64,000 nucleotides of DNA from Bermanella sp. (GCA_051277445.1 JBNMQC010000003.1:14391-78390); one strand, 5' to 3'. Shown: positions 17,529 through 31,400, counted from the first letter of the stretch. Numbers and translations are program-made. The notes: generated by a model from the letters alone, not told the origin.

Positions 17529-20168
17529 TTAAAAGAGCTGCTCTGGGGTAAAGCTACTCTCGTCCTCTTGTTCATCGCTATCGGCTGAGTAGGGATTACT
17601 AATGGCCGGCGGCTGCTCCATTTGCTGGGGCACATTTTCTTGGCGAAAGGTTTCAAAAATCGCATTGGTTTGACCGGGGTAGGCTCGGTTTCCAGTTTCG
17701 GGGTCAATACGAATTGAAACGAGGCCGTTGGGTTGTTTGATCGCAGACTCGGGCATGTCTTTTAGTGCAACTTTCATATAATTTACCCAGATAGGCAGCG
17801 CGGTATTGCTACCGAATGCCCAGCGACCCAGTGTACGAGGGCTATCAAAGCCGACCCAAACGTTGGCCACCAACTTATTGTTGTAGCCAGAAAACCATGC
17901 GTCTTTTTGGTCATTGGTTGTCCCGGTCTTACCGGCTAGATCATTACGGTTTAATACTAATGCGCGCTTACCTGTGCCGCGCTTGATCACATCTTTAAGC
18001 ATGGTGTACATAAGGTAATTAACGCGTTCATCCATTACACGGGGAGCCAGTGGAGGAAACTGAGCGATGTATTCTTCTAGCTGGCTTTGTTTCTTCTCTC
18101 GGATCATGGCGGGCGTAATGGTGTCATCTAGACCGACCAATTCAAGTTGAGCTTGCTCGTCTTCATCCAGTGTTTGTTTGAATTCCTCAATACTTTTAAG
18201 GCATGTCTCGCATACGATTTTAGCAAGGTGTTCAAACAATACTTCGCCGTCATTATCTTCAATTTTTTGAATGAAATGAGGGTCAACCTTATAACCGCCA
18301 TTGGCTAATACATTATAAGCACTGGCCATTTCAAACGGGGTTAATCCTGAGCTGCCCAGCGCCAAAGATAAATCGCGATTGAGTTTGGCTTTGGGTAAGC
18401 CAAATCGTGTCATGTAGTTGATAGAGCGGCCAATGCCGGTGCGGCTTAATACCCTGATTGAAACAAGGTTGCGAGATTTGTATAGGGCTTGGCGCAAGCG
18501 GGTGGGACCAAAGAACTTACCGCTGTAGTTTTCAGGACGCCAAATGGCTTCAAGACTGTCATCTTCGAAAACCACAGGCGCATCATTAATAATAGACGCT
18601 GGGGTTAAGCCGTATTCTAGACCTGCGCTGTAAACAAAGGGCTTAAAACTTGAGCCGGGTTGACGGTCAGCCTGAATCGAGCGGTTATACTTACTCAGGT
18701 CAAAATCATAACCGCCCACGAGTGCTTTAAGCGCACCGTTTTGCGGGTCAAATGATACCAGTGACGCTTGCGCTTCCGGCTCTTGAGCTAACCAGTAGGC
18801 ATCATCAATTTGCTGCACCAAAACACGCTGACCCATTTTAAACAGACTTTGGGCCTCTTTGATTTCAGGCCCTAGATCATTTACGGATAAATATTGACGA
18901 GCCCATTGGTAGTGCTCAAACGGCATGACGATTTCGTGGTTCTGCTCACTGGCCAGTGTGATGGATTGGTCCTCAGGATTTATATCGGTCACCACGGCCC
19001 AGTTTAAGTCACCTGGGTTATCTAGGTTTTTAAGTTGCTCGAGCCAATAATGAGTATTTAAGTCTTGCGGGCTTGGCGGAAGAAAAATGGATTTATCCAT
19101 GCGCGGTGCTGGATCACCAAGCTGCCAAATAGTAGGGGCAAACGTGACGGCGACTTCTTGTTGCTCAGGCAAAATAAAAGCGGGTAATACCTTTTGCTCA
19201 GCACGCAGGCCATGTTTACGGTCGTAATCATGCAGACCTTCTCGAATGACACGCTGAGCGGTGGTTTGCAGCTCGCTATGGATGGTTGTGGTGACGCTAT
19301 AGCCTTTGGTGTAAAGGTCGTTAGGATAGCGTTCAAGCATTTCGCTGCGCACCATTTCAGCCACATAGGGGGCTTCAATCTCTGTGGCCAAGCCATGGTA
19401 TTTGGCTGTGATGGGTTCAGAGCCCGCTTCATCGAATTCTACCTGAGTAATAAAGTCCGATGTAAACATACGTGCAAGCACGTAGTTGCGGCGATAAATG
19501 GCGCGCTCTGGGTTGTTAATTGGGTTTGCCGCGCTGGGCGCTTGAGGTAAACCTGCAATCATGGCCAGTTGCGCTAAGGAAAGATCTTTAATGGATTTGC
19601 CATAATAAACTTGTGCAGCGGACTCAACACCATAGGCGCGTTTACCTAGGTATATTTTGTTCACATACAGCTCTAAGATGTCTTTCTTGCTTAATTCTTG
19701 TTCAATGTGAAGGGCAAGTAAGATTTCAGTGAATTTACGGGTAAATGTTTTTTCACTGCTTAAGTAATAGTTCTTTGCCACCTGCATGGTGATGGTACTG
19801 CCCCCTGAGCGCTTTTTACCTGTGGTGATGAGCTCGTAGGCTGCCCTTGCTAGGCCTTTAAAGTCGATACCAATGTGGCTATAAAAGTTTTCATCCTCTG
19901 CGGCAATCAATGCATTATAAAATTGCTGAGGTACATCCTCATAGGCAACGGGCATACGACGTTTCTCGCCATATTCCGCCATAAGCTTTCCGTCGCTGGT
20001 GTAAATACGCAATGGTGTTTGTAATTGAATGTTTTTTAAACTTTCAACAGCAGGTAAGCTGGGCGCTAAATATAAGTACACGCTGCTTACGCCCAAAATA
20101 AGACCAAAGAAGCCAGCGGCGCAGGTTAAAATCAAAAAACGCAAAACAGGTCGATTTTTTTTCATCAT
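17529..20168 (-). CDS. mrcA: Penicillin-binding protein 1A
   Basis: TG motifs EDENF, GGSTITMQVAKN and RKFTE; TP motifs SSFK, SRN and KTG; divergent from pilM. Start placed at ATG 20168/20165. Confidence 0.96.
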   Translation of the reverse strand: MMKKNRPVLRFLILTCAAGFFGLILGVSSVYLYLAPSLPAVESLKNIQLQTPLRIYTSDGKLMAEYGEKRRMPVAYEDVPQQFYNALIAAEDENFYSHIGIDFKGLARAAYELITTGKKRSGGSTITMQVAKNYYLSSEKTFTRKFTEILLALHIEQELSKKDILELYVNKIYLGKRAYGVESAAQVYYGKSIKDLSLAQLAMIAGLPQAPSAANPINNPERAIYRRNYVLARMFTSDFITQVEFDEAGSEPITAKYHGLATEIEAPYVAEMVRSEMLERYPNDLYTKGYSVTTTIHSELQTTAQRVIREGLHDYDRKHGLRAEQKVLPAFILPEQQEVAVTFAPTIWQLGDPAPRMDKSIFLPPSPQDLNTHYWLEQLKNLDNPGDLNWAVVTDINPEDQSITLASEQNHEIVMPFEHYQWARQYLSVNDLGPEIKEAQSLFKMGQRVLVQQIDDAYWLAQEPEAQASLVSFDPQNGALKALVGGYDFDLSKYNRSIQADRQPGSSFKPFVYSAGLEYGLTPASIINDAPVVFEDDSLEAIWRPENYSGKFFGPTRLRQALYKSRNLVSIRVLSRTGIGRSINYMTRFGLPKAKLNRDLSLALGSSGLTPFEMASAYNVLANGGYKVDPHFIQKIEDNDGEVLFEHLAKIVCETCLKSIEEFKQTLDEDEQAQLELVGLDDTITPAMIREKKQSQLEEYIAQFPPLAPRVMDERVNYLMYTMLKDVIKRGTGKRALVLNRNDLAGKTGTTNDQKDAWFSGYNNKLVANVWVGFDSPRTLGRWAFGSNTALPIWVNYMKVALKDMPESAIKQPNGLVSIRIDPETGNRAYPGQTNAIFETFRQENVPQQMEQPPAISNPYSADSDEQEDESSFTPEQLF

Positions 20169-20313
20169 TAAATGCTTAAAATGCTCGTTTACCCAGTAAA
20201 TATGGGGTGTTGCCATTATAAATGGTTTTTGTTCTTTTCGCAGGATTGTGCTTATAATGCTCCGATATTCGTGCATTTTGGCATTTTTCCGCCTCGGATG
20301 CTGGATAAATTAA

Positions 20314-21386
<1,073 letters not shown>

Positions 21387-21387
<1 letters not shown>

Positions 21388-21938
21388 TGGCAAAGATTAA
21401 CCTTAGGCCTTGGCGTGAAGAGTTACGCCAAGAGCGTCAAAAAGAATATGTGGGTGTTTTGATCCTAGTATTGATGGCTGCTTTTACTATTTGGTGGTTC
21501 GTAAGTGGTGCTTATAGCAGTGCGATTAGCGCTCAAGAGTATCGAAATCAATATGTGAAAACGCAAGCATCTGCTCTTGATAAAAAAATTAAAGAAATTC
21601 AAGAGCTGAAAACAAAACGCCAAGAACTGCTTGATCGAATGCGTTTAATTCAAGAATTGCAGGGCAACCGACCTGTCATTGTGCGCATGTTTGATGAAAT
21701 GGCAAGACTCATGCCAGAAGAGTTGTTTCTAGCTAGTGTCTCTTCTAAGGGCAAGCTGTTTACCATTAAAGGACGAGCTTCTAGTAACGATCAAATATCA
21801 CAGTTGATGCGTAATTTTGATTCATCTCCTTGGTTTGCTAACCCTAATCTTTTAGGGGTGAAGGCGGGTGATAATGGGTATAACAGTTTTGATATGCTTG
21901 TGAGTCAGTCTACTCCTGTCGTAGAGGGGGTTAAATAA
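21387..21938 (+). CDS. pilN: Type IV pilus assembly protein PilN
   Basis: INLRPWREE, IQELQ..RP and ISQLMRN..SPWF motifs. Confidence 0.95.
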
Positions 21939-22585
21939 TGGATTTCCAAGAATTAACCGAGAAAATTAATGGTTTCGATATCAATGATATTGATTGGAAT
22001 AACATGGGCTCTTGGCCATTAGTAGGTCGAATTGTCTTTGCTGTTATTGTTTTCTTTGGTGTGCTATCAGGTTTATATTTTCTAGATATACAATCGTCTA
22101 TGGAAAGATACGAGCAAGTTCTAGCTGAAGAAGCTGTAATCAAGAAAGATTTTGAATCAAAGGCTTTTCGTGTGGCTAATCTTGGTGCATATAAGAAACA
22201 GCTTCTAGAGATTGAAGAGTCATTTGGTAGTCTATTACGGCAACTTCCAAGAGATACTGAAGTGCCTGGCTTATTAGAAGATATTACAGCTTCCGCGCTA
22301 GGATCGAACCTAGAAATTCGTTCTATTAAGCTGGATAAGGAAAAAGAGACAGAGTTTTACACAGAGTTGCCTATTAATATTGATGTTACTGGCGAATATC
22401 ATGATTTTGGAGCATTTGTTAGTGCTGTTGCAGGTTTAGGGCGAATTGTGACATTGCATGATTTTACTGTAACACCAGCGGGCGATAAAAATAGTAAACA
22501 GCTTAATTTAAAAATTGTAGCTAAGACTTATCGTTACAATAATGAGGCGAAAAAGCCTAAAAAGAAAAAAAAGGCTAAAAGGTAG
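21938..22585 (+). CDS. pilO: Type IV pilus assembly protein PilO
   Basis: GSWP, LLRQLP..TEVPGLLEDI and RIVTLHDF motifs. Confidence 0.95.
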   Translation: MDFQELTEKINGFDINDIDWNNMGSWPLVGRIVFAVIVFFGVLSGLYFLDIQSSMERYEQVLAEEAVIKKDFESKAFRVANLGAYKKQLLEIEESFGSLLRQLPRDTEVPGLLEDITASALGSNLEIRSIKLDKEKETEFYTELPINIDVTGEYHDFGAFVSAVAGLGRIVTLHDFTVTPAGDKNSKQLNLKIVAKTYRYNNEAKKPKKKKKAKR

Positions 22586-22587
22586 CA

Positions 22588-23121
22588 GTGATGAAGAAAC
22601 TATTATTACTTAGTCTTATTTTTCTTGTTGCTTGCAGTGACTCCAATATTGCTGACCTTGAAGAATTTATTGCCCAAACAACGGCTAAACCAAAGGGGCG
22701 TATTGCTCCTTTGCCTGAATTTAAACCCTATTCAGCGTTTATATATAGTGCTTCGGCTATGCGGTCACCTTTTGAATCCCCAGTAGCATTCGAGGAAATG
22801 AGTAGTCGTATTGATGATACTGTAGATGCGCCAGACCAGAGTCGTCCAAAACAAGCGTTAGAACGTTTTAATTTGAGTGAGTTATCATTAGTGGGAACAC
22901 TGTCCAAAGATGCAGATGGTAATTTAAAAGCTCTGGTGAGAACACAAACCGGTAATGTACATGTTGTTGAGCCGGGTCACTACTTGGGTAGGAATCATGG
23001 TCGAATTATTAATATAAATGATAATAAACTAGAAATAATTGAAGTCGTACCAAACGGCAGTGGTGGCTGGATTTCAAGGCCTCAAACTTTGGGCTTAAAC
23101 CAGTCAGCTAGGGGTGAGTAA
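22588..23121 (+). CDS. pilP: Type IV pilus lipoprotein PilP
   Basis: Lipobox LVAC, RSPF, LERFNLSEL..VGTL and GHYLGRNHGRI motifs. Confidence 0.95.
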   Translation: MMKKLLLLSLIFLVACSDSNIADLEEFIAQTTAKPKGRIAPLPEFKPYSAFIYSASAMRSPFESPVAFEEMSSRIDDTVDAPDQSRPKQALERFNLSELSLVGTLSKDADGNLKALVRTQTGNVHVVEPGHYLGRNHGRIININDNKLEIIEVVPNGSGGWISRPQTLGLNQSARGE

Positions 23122-23123
23122 TC

Positions 23124-25214
23124 ATGAGAAGAATAATGAAAAATAGTATATTGGCCTTGTTATGTTTGGCTTCTTCATCCTTGTACGCATCTGCCATTAA
23201 AGATGTGGCATTTTCATCTTTACCAGGTGATAAAACTGAAATGAGGTTGTCATTTGATGGTCAGCCCCCTGAGGTATCGGGCTATACCATTGAAGAGCCT
23301 GCTCGTATTGCTCTGGATTTACCTGGAACAACAAGTGATCTGAAATCCAAATATCACAAAATTGGAATGGGTAATGCCCGAACGGCAATTATTGTTGGTA
23401 CTGAAGAGAAAACTCGGGTCATTATTAATTTAACAGAATTGACCGGTTATCAGACTCGAACAGAAGGTAATGATTTGCTTGTGGTCATTGGTCAGCAAGA
23501 AATTGCGGACCAACCAGATGTAAGTTTGTTGGCACAAGAAAGTTCTAGTTTTAAAGTAAATAAAAAAGATGAAAGCGGTCGTATCATTGATGTAGATTTT
23601 CGTCGCGGTGATTTGGGTGAAGGGCAAGTATTAATCAGTCTCAGTAATCCAAATGTTCCTGTGGATATTAGCCAAGAGTCTGGTCGGATCCGAGTTGAGT
23701 TTAGCAATGTAAAATTAGCCGAAGAGATGCGCAGACGTCTTGATGTTCGAGATTTTGCAACGCCAGTGCGCTTTATTGACGCAACGATTGAATCTGGAAA
23801 GCCAGTATTCTTCATTGAGCCAACCGACGACCGTTATGAATACTTGGCCTATCAAGCGGATAACTTACTGACTGTTAACGTTAAACCATTGACTAAAGCT
23901 GAGCAGGATCGTCAAAAAGAAGAACGTTTCCCTTATACAGGTGAAAAATTGTCCCTTAATTTCCAAGATATTGAAGTACGAACTGTTCTGCAGATTATTG
24001 CTGATTTTACAGGTTTTAACCTTGTAGCGAGCGACACTGTTCAAGGAAACATTACATTACGTTTAAAAAATGTACCTTGGGATCAGGCACTGGATATTGT
24101 TTTGAAATCGCAAGGTTTAGCTAAGCAGCAAATTGGTAATGTATTAATGATTGGCCCTGCTGATCAAATCGCGAATCGTCAAAAAATTGAGTTAGAAGCG
24201 AATCGTCAGGTTGAGGACTTTGCACCATTAAGAACTGAGTTCATCCAAGTGCGATATGCAAAAGCCACAGATCTTCTTGCTTTGGTTTCAGCTGAGGGTT
24301 CTTTGCTGGGCGAGCGTGGAAGCGCCAGTGTTGATGCGCGTACCAATACGATTATTTTACAAGATACAGCCACCTCAATAGAGGCGGTACGTCGAGCTAT
24401 CAAAGTACTGGACGTTCCTGTTCGTCAAGTTCTGATTGAAGCGCGTATTGTTGTTGCGTCGACGAATGTGGGAGAGAACCTGGGTATTCGATGGGGTGGT
24501 GGTTATGGTGTGCTTAAAAACGATAAGATATTCACTGCAGGTGGCTCACGTGCTGCGACTACGGCCTATAACAATATTGTCGTTGACCGAATCAATGGTG
24601 ATGATCCTGATGATTTTAATTTTGATGATGGGAGTGTCGTAAATTTGCCTGTTAATAGTGCAAATGCCACTACATTTGGTATCGGTGTGAATGCTTTTGA
24701 CTATATGCTGGATCTTGAGTTATCAGCCATGGAATCTGACGGAAAAGCCGAAATTATCTCTCAGCCTCGTGTGATTACGGCAGACGGTCAGACAGCTCGT
24801 ATTCAGGCTGGCTCTCAAATTCCATATGAGCAAGCAGCCTCTAGTGGTGCAACTACTATTACTTTCAAAGAGGCCGTACTTAAGCTTGAGGTAACACCTC
24901 AGATTACACCTGATGACCGTATCTTGATGGATTTGATTATCAATAAAGATGCGATCGGTGAGGTCTTTAATAACATTCCCTCAATCGATACGAATGAATT
25001 GGAAACCCAGGTACTGGTTAATAACGGAGAGACCATCGTGCTTGGTGGTATTTTCCAGTCAGAAGACATCACTCAAATCGATAAGACGCCGTTCTTTGGT
25101 GACCTGCCGGTTATTGGTCGACTATTCCGTCGTACCACTCATACAGAAGATAAAAGCGAGCTGTTAATTTTCATAACTCCACGATTAGTGAAGGATGTGT
25201 TAAGCACGCGCTAG
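23124..25214 (+). CDS. pilQ: Type IV pilus secretin PilQ
   Basis: AMIN domains, [33 protein letters not shown] and ELLIFITPR motifs. Confidence 0.97.
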   Translation: MRRIMKNSILALLCLASSSLYASAIKDVAFSSLPGDKTEMRLSFDGQPPEVSGYTIEEPARIALDLPGTTSDLKSKYHKIGMGNARTAIIVGTEEKTRVIINLTELTGYQTRTEGNDLLVVIGQQEIADQPDVSLLAQESSSFKVNKKDESGRIIDVDFRRGDLGEGQVLISLSNPNVPVDISQESGRIRVEFSNVKLAEEMRRRLDVRDFATPVRFIDATIESGKPVFFIEPTDDRYEYLAYQADNLLTVNVKPLTKAEQDRQKEERFPYTGEKLSLNFQDIEVRTVLQIIADFTGFNLVASDTVQGNITLRLKNVPWDQALDIVLKSQGLAKQQIGNVLMIGPADQIANRQKIELEANRQVEDFAPLRTEFIQVRYAKATDLLALVSAEGSLLGERGSASVDARTNTIILQDTATSIEAVRRAIKVLDVPVRQVLIEARIVVASTNVGENLGIRWGGGYGVLKNDKIFTAGGSRAATTAYNNIVVDRINGDDPDDFNFDDGSVVNLPVNSANATTFGIGVNAFDYMLDLELSAMESDGKAEIISQPRVITADGQTARIQAGSQIPYEQAASSGATTITFKEAVLKLEVTPQITPDDRILMDLIINKDAIGEVFNNIPSIDTNELETQVLVNNGETIVLGGIFQSEDITQIDKTPFFGDLPVIGRLFRRTTHTEDKSELLIFITPRLVKDVLSTR

Positions 25215-25222
25215 AGAAATTT

Positions 25223-25750
25223 ATGGCAAAACATAATATTTATTTAGTGGGGCCGATGGGTGCTGGAAAAAGCACCATCGGCCGTTTGCTTTCCACTGAA
25301 TTAAAACTTGAATTTAAAGACAGCGACAAAGAAATTGAGGATCGTTGCGGATGCAATATTCCTTGGATTTTTGATGTGGAAGGCGAGCAGGGTTTTCGAG
25401 ATCGTGAAGTGATTGCCATCGATGAGATCACTCAAGAGAAAGACGTGCTGATGGCAACTGGCGGCGGTGCAGTATTGCGCCCTGAAAATCGATTGCACCT
25501 TAAAGGTCGTGGTACGGTTGTATACCTTAAAACGTCTGTGGATCAGCAGCTTGCTCGAACGGCTAAAGATAAAAATCGCCCTTTACTGCAAATCGATAAC
25601 CCAAGAGAAGTCCTTACGCGTTTGATGGATCAACGAGATCCGCTTTATCAAGAAGTTGCGGATATCACTATTTATACTGACGACCGCAATCCTAAATTTG
25701 TTGTACAAGAAATCTTAAAACGATTATCTGAGATTAATATCATTGAGTAA
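25223..25750 (+). CDS. aroK: Shikimate kinase
   Basis: [30 protein letters not shown] and RPLL motifs. Confidence 0.97.
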   Translation: MAKHNIYLVGPMGAGKSTIGRLLSTELKLEFKDSDKEIEDRCGCNIPWIFDVEGEQGFRDREVIAIDEITQEKDVLMATGGGAVLRPENRLHLKGRGTVVYLKTSVDQQLARTAKDKNRPLLQIDNPREVLTRLMDQRDPLYQEVADITIYTDDRNPKFVVQEILKRLSEINIIE

Positions 25751-25751
25751 T

Positions 25752-26831
25752 ATGAAAACCCTAACCGTTGATTTGGGGGAGCGTAGCTACCCCATTTTTA
25801 TTGGACAAGACCTGTTGTCGACCCCATCGCTTATTAGTTCCTATGTTAAGGGTAAGCAGGTCATGATTGTGACCAATGAAACAGTTGCCCCATTATATTT
25901 GTCCCAAGTTAAATCCATGTTTGCGGATTACCAAGTCGATGAAGTGATTTTGCCTGATGGTGAGGAATACAAAAACCTAGATCATCTGAATTTAATCTTT
26001 GATGCATTGTTAGAAAAACGCCATAACCGCACGACTACGTTAGTGGCACTCGGTGGTGGTGTTGTTGGGGATATGACGGGATTTGCTGCAGCGAGTTATC
26101 AGCGCGGTGTTGAATTTATCCAGATTCCAACCACTTTACTTTCGCAGGTGGATTCATCGGTTGGTGGTAAAACAGGCGTTAATCATGCGCTAGGTAAAAA
26201 CATGATAGGCGCCTTCCATCAGCCTAATTGTGTTTTGATCGATGTGAATAGTCTAAATACATTACCAGCTAATGAGCTGGCCGCAGGGTTAGCTGAGGTT
26301 ATTAAGTATGGTTTGATATGCGATTTACCATTTTTTGATTGGCTAGAAGTAAATATCCAGAATCTTAATGCTAAGCAGACTCAGGCGCTGATTTATGCCA
26401 TTGAAACATCGTGTTTGAATAAAGCAAAAGTCGTGGCGTTAGATGAGCGTGAAGGTGGTATTCGAGCCATTTTGAACCTTGGCCACACCTTTGGTCATGC
26501 CATCGAAACAGATCAAGGCTATGGTAACTGGCTTCATGGTGAGGCGGTGGCCACCGGTATGTTAATGGCCGCTGATCTGTCGTGTCGGTTAGGTTGGATC
26601 AGCCAAAATGAGGTTGCGCGCATCGAAGCGTTACTACTGGAAGCGCACTTACCCGTTAAGTGTCCTCAGGGCATGAGTGCTGAACGATTTAAAGACTTAA
26701 TGGCGGTAGACAAAAAGGTGTTAGATGGTAAGCTGAGGTTGGTTCTTTTACGAGCAATGGGTGAAGCCATCACCACATCTGACTTCGAATTAGAACATTT
26801 TGAGGCTACTCTGACGCACCTGACCAACTAA
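25752..26831 (+). CDS. aroB: 3-dehydroquinate synthase
   Basis: [41 protein letters not shown] and HGEAVA motifs. Confidence 0.97.
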   Translation: MKTLTVDLGERSYPIFIGQDLLSTPSLISSYVKGKQVMIVTNETVAPLYLSQVKSMFADYQVDEVILPDGEEYKNLDHLNLIFDALLEKRHNRTTTLVALGGGVVGDMTGFAAASYQRGVEFIQIPTTLLSQVDSSVGGKTGVNHALGKNMIGAFHQPNCVLIDVNSLNTLPANELAAGLAEVIKYGLICDLPFFDWLEVNIQNLNAKQTQALIYAIETSCLNKAKVVALDEREGGIRAILNLGHTFGHAIETDQGYGNWLHGEAVATGMLMAADLSCRLGWISQNEVARIEALLLEAHLPVKCPQGMSAERFKDLMAVDKKVLDGKLRLVLLRAMGEAITTSDFELEHFEATLTHLTN

Positions 26832-26838
26832 TAATAAA

Positions 26839-28251
26839 ATGGAGGGCAAGATGGCTGACTCAAATAAGGCATCTCCCGACATTATCCTTCTAGGGGAGCG
26901 CGAGCAGCAGCTGGATATGTTGCTGCACGTCCAAGAATTCAGTGCAATGGCCGTATTAATTACAGGCCCCAGTGATATCGGTAAAACCGCTTTACTCGAA
27001 GCCGCCGTTGCGCAACTCACCATCCACCATCAAACCATTCATATCAGCGCGTTTTCAACGAATCAGCTTGCAGATTTGATTGACGAAATTGCCATGCAGT
27101 TAGGCTGCGCGGCAAATCTTTTAGACTTAGATCAGCAGCTTGCCCATATTTCTGAGCAGCAAGAGACATTGCACCTGGTCATCGATGATGCTCACCTGCT
27201 TGATGATGATGTGATTACCCTCTTACTTGAGAAGTCTGCCATGCCTCATGGCTGGCGTTTAATCTTATGCGGTGATGAGTCATTAAAGCCCCGTCTTAAG
27301 TCCTTACAGAATCAGTTTGAGCATAAACTGTATCACTTGATTGAGCTTGCTCCTTTTACTGAGGAAGAAAGCGAAGCGTTTATTTCGCAGCTATTCAAGC
27401 GTTCAGGAATTGATGTGGTGCCCATGAGCATAAAGGATATGCATCAGCTATGGTTATTAAGTAAAGGGGTGCCAGGAAAGTTAATTGAGCTGGTGGAGTT
27501 GGAGCAAGATAACCGCAGGCAGCGTTCTAGTCGTTTTCCTATAGGGCATATTGCAGCAGTTTGCCTGATCGGTTCGGCATTGTTGGTTTCCTTCCTTTAT
27601 CAGGGCCAAGAATCGGATGTGCAAATGGACAGTGATGACGTCATTGCACAGTTGCTAAAGGAACAAAAGGAGCGCTTGGACGCGCCTATTAAAACAGAAT
27701 CAGTGAGCCAGTCTGGTGGTTTGTTAGCAGATGAAATTAGTCTCCCATTAGATTCAGAGCCGCCAACAGCCAATATGGATGCTAAGAAAGAGATAGACCC
27801 TATTGAGCCACAAAGTGAGAAAGCACGAGCCGAAGCGACGCAAGTAGCGGAATCTATACCCAAAAGGGTAGAGACTCAGGTCAAACCACTAGGCAAAATA
27901 CCGACCGTGGCAGCTAAAAAACCAGAGGTTGCTGCACCGAAAGTTGAAAAAAATCGCCACCCTCTGTTGTCTGCGCCCAGTCAATCTTATGCGTTGCAGT
28001 TATTGGGGGTGCGCAATGAGGCCAGTGCTAAGGCGTTTGTTCAACGATTTACTCGTCAGATGGATGGCAGTAAATTAAATATTTATGAGACACGCTACAA
28101 AGGCGAGCCATGGTTTGTTGTGGTATACGGCCCAATGGACAATAAACAGCAAGCCAGTAAACAGGCTGACCAGCTATCAAAAACGTTAAAAGGCCAGCCC
28201 TGGGTGAGGCCTATCAGTAAAATTCAGGCGGATATTAGACAGATAAAATAA
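26839..28251 (+). CDS. damX: DamX-like protein (N-terminal AAA domain, TM helix, C-terminal SPOR domain)
   Basis: Walker A GPSDIGKT, Walker B LVIDDAH, TM helix, SPOR (YALQL, WFVVVYG, PWVR); position after aroB. Confidence 0.75.
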   Translation: MEGKMADSNKASPDIILLGEREQQLDMLLHVQEFSAMAVLITGPSDIGKTALLEAAVAQLTIHHQTIHISAFSTNQLADLIDEIAMQLGCAANLLDLDQQLAHISEQQETLHLVIDDAHLLDDDVITLLLEKSAMPHGWRLILCGDESLKPRLKSLQNQFEHKLYHLIELAPFTEEESEAFISQLFKRSGIDVVPMSIKDMHQLWLLSKGVPGKLIELVELEQDNRRQRSSRFPIGHIAAVCLIGSALLVSFLYQGQESDVQMDSDDVIAQLLKEQKERLDAPIKTESVSQSGGLLADEISLPLDSEPPTANMDAKKEIDPIEPQSEKARAEATQVAESIPKRVETQVKPLGKIPTVAAKKPEVAAPKVEKNRHPLLSAPSQSYALQLLGVRNEASAKAFVQRFTRQMDGSKLNIYETRYKGEPWFVVVYGPMDNKQQASKQADQLSKTLKGQPWVRPISKIQADIRQIK

Positions 28252-28337
28252 CGTTAATTTGAGTCAAAAATCGTTACAAAATGTAATTGATTCCACCCCT
28301 TTTTTCTTGGGGTTATCCCCCTGTTTGGCTAATTTAT

Positions 28338-28366
28338 TTGAGCCTGCCCCTTCTCGTGTGTAGAAT
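28338..28366 (+). promoter_or_regulatory. sigma70-type promoter for gltBD
   Basis: TTGAGC-17 bp-TAGAAT. Confidence 0.55.
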
Positions 28367-28457
28367 AAGCCTCCTTTTGTCTGTTCAAAGCTACTGAATC
28401 GGCGTCCAAATGCCATATAAGGCATTGATTTATAAAGAATTTTTGATGAGAGCGTCT

Positions 28458-31400
28458 ATGAAAACAGGTCTGTACACTCCAGGTGAATTCAAAGACAACT
28501 GCGGTTTTGGCTTGATTGCCCATATGGAAGGCCAAACGAGTCACGACCTATTGCGTACGGCCATTGAATCATTGACTTGTATGACTCACCGCGGTGGTAT
28601 CGCGGCTGATGGTAAGACAGGTGATGGTTGTGGCCTTTTGATTCAAAAGCCAGATGGCTTTCTTCGCCAAGTTGCTAAAGCCGATTTAGGTATCGATTTA
28701 CCTGAGCAGTATGCTGTGGGCATGATCTTTTTAGATTTAGATGCATCCCTAGCCGACAAACAGCGTGCGGCCATGGATACTGCATTTGCAGACCAAGGCT
28801 TAGAAGTTAAGGGCTGGCGCGAAGTGCCAACCAATAATGACTGTCTAGGCCCGATGGCGGTAGATTGTTTACCGCGTTTTGAGCAAGTATTTGTTTGCGC
28901 AAAAGACACTCTTAGCGAACAAGCGTTTGCCGTTAAACTTTATTACGCTCGTCGCAAGGCTGAGCTTGCTCTTACTCAATACCCAGATTTTTACATCTGC
29001 TCGTTATCAGAAAAAACCTTGTCTTATAAAGGTTTGATGATGCCGGTGGATCTGCCTAATTTTTACCTAGATTTGGGTGATGAGCGTTTAGAGACCGCAA
29101 TTTGTGTCTTCCACCAACGCTTTTCAACTAACACAGCGCCACGCTGGCCTTTGGCTCAGCCTTTCCGTTTGTTAGCGCACAATGGTGAAATCAATACAAT
29201 TCGTGGTAACCGTAATTGGGCTGCAGCACGTGGTAGCAAGTTCGAGTCCCCATTACTTGAAAACCTAGACTCTATTCAGCCTGTTGTTAACACAACCGGT
29301 TCTGACTCATCTTCTATGGATAACATGCTTGAGCTATTGCATACGGGCGGTATGGATATGTTCCGCGCCATTCGTATGATGATTCCACCGGCTTGGCAAA
29401 ATGTTGAAACCATGGATGCGGATTTACGTGCATTTTATGATTACAACTCCATGCACATGGAACCTTGGGATGGCCCGGCTGGTTTAGTTATTACTGACGG
29501 TCGTTATGCGGTGTGTGGACTTGACCGAAATGGTTTACGTCCGTCTCGTTGGGTGAAAACCAAAAATGGTTTTATCACGGTTGCTTCTGAAATCGGTACC
29601 CATAGCTACAAGCCTGAAGATGTCATTTCAAAAGGTCGTGTTGGCCCAGGTCAGATATTAGCGATTGATACTCAAACCGGTGAAGTGCTGGAAGCCGACG
29701 AAATCGATAACCGCTTGAAGAATTCCCAGCCTTACAGTAAGTGGTTGAAAGAAAACTCCATGCGTATCGAATCGCGCTTGGAGCTGCAAAGCTTTCAAGA
29801 AAGCAGCCTAGATCAAGACGAATTAAAAGCACGTCAAAAGCTGCACTTAATCAGCTTTGAAGAGCGAGAGCAGGTTTTACGCCCTATGGCTGAACAAGGT
29901 GTCGAAGGCACTGGTTCAATGGGCGATGACGCGCCGATGGCTGTTTTATCGCAAAAGTCCCGCCATATCGCAGACTACTTCCGTCAGATGTTCGCGCAGG
30001 TCACCAACCCGCCAATTGACCCTCTACGTGAAGCCATCGTGATGTCTCTTGAAACCTGCATAGGTAAAGAGAAAAACGTATTTGTTGAAAATGCAGATCA
30101 TGCGAGTCGAATCGTATTAACCAGTCCTGTGTTGTCGCCATTAAAGTTCAATGGCCTAAAAAGCACTGGCAAAGAAGAATTTAACTTCACAACCTTGTCT
30201 CTTGCCTATGATGTGGAGCTTGGTTTAAAAGGTGCTATTGAACGTTTAGTGAATCAAGCAATTAGCGCGTCGAGTGAAGGCATAACCATGCTTATTCTTT
30301 CCGACCGTGAAGTAGCGGCCGGTCAGTTGGTGATTCCTGCGGCCATGGCAACAGGTGCGGTACACCATGGTTTGATCGCGAAAGGCTTGCGTACAGAAAG
30401 CAATCTTGTGATTGAAACAGGTGACGCTCGTGATGCGCATCACTTTGCTGTTCTACTTGGTTTTGGTGCCACGGCTGTTTATCCATGGTTAACCTACGAA
30501 GTACTGGCAGATATGCATCGCAGCGGTGAGCTATTGGGCGATCCTTTGCAGTCTAACCAAAACTTCCGTAAGGGTATTCGCAAAGGCCTATTGAAGATCC
30601 TTTCTAAAATGGGTATCTCAACCATTGCTTCTTACCGTGGCTCTCAATTATTCGAAGGCATTGGTTTAGCGAGTGATGTGGTTGATACGTGTTTCTGCGG
30701 TTTAAGCAGCCGTATTCAAGGTGCCGGTTTTGATGATTTCCAAGACGATTTAATTCGTAACGCAGCTCACGCTTGGAAGCCACGTAAAGGCTTAGATCAA
30801 GGCGGTTTACTGAAATACGTTCATGGTGGTGAGTATCACGCGTTTAACCCTGACGTGATCACGACAATTCAAGACGCGGTGCAAACCGGGTCTCAAGCTT
30901 CATATGACAAGTACGCTGAACTGGTAAATAATCGTCCAGCGGCAACATTGCGTGACTTACTGGCGGTTAAAACCACTAATAGTATTTCTATTGATGAAGT
31001 TGAACCAATTGAAGCGATCTTCCCTCGTTTCGACTCAGCGGCTATGTCCCTCGGTGCACTATCTCCAGAAGCACACGAAGCCTTAGCGCAAGCAATGAAT
31101 GAGTTGGGTGGTAATTCTAACTCGGGCGAAGGTGGTGAAGACCCTAAGCGTTACGGCACGCTGAAAAACTCAAAAATTAAGCAAATTGCATCAGGTCGTT
31201 TTGGTGTGACGCCGCATTACTTATCCAGTGCCGATGTGTTGCAAATTAAAGTAGCGCAAGGTGCCAAACCGGGTGAGGGCGGTCAATTACCAGGCGGTAA
31301 AGTAAACAACCTAATAGCCACGTTGCGTTATTCGGTTCCTGGCGTGACGCTAATTTCGCCACCACCACATCACGATATATATTCAATCGAAGATTTGGCT

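Noticed and set aside
18040-18230. Acidic insertion after the CETC motif in PBP1A
   Set aside because: It appears to fall in a variable loop of gammaproteobacterial PBP1A; nothing in the sequence supports a separate function.
20169-20276. Upstream extension of PBP1A in the ORF track
   Set aside because: It runs through the divergent mrcA/pilM promoter region (TATAAT on both strands); the signal-anchor begins at MMKKNR.
26839-27500. AAA domain fused to a SPOR protein as a novelty
   Set aside because: This architecture at the aroB-gltB position is known for DamX-like proteins of pseudomonads.
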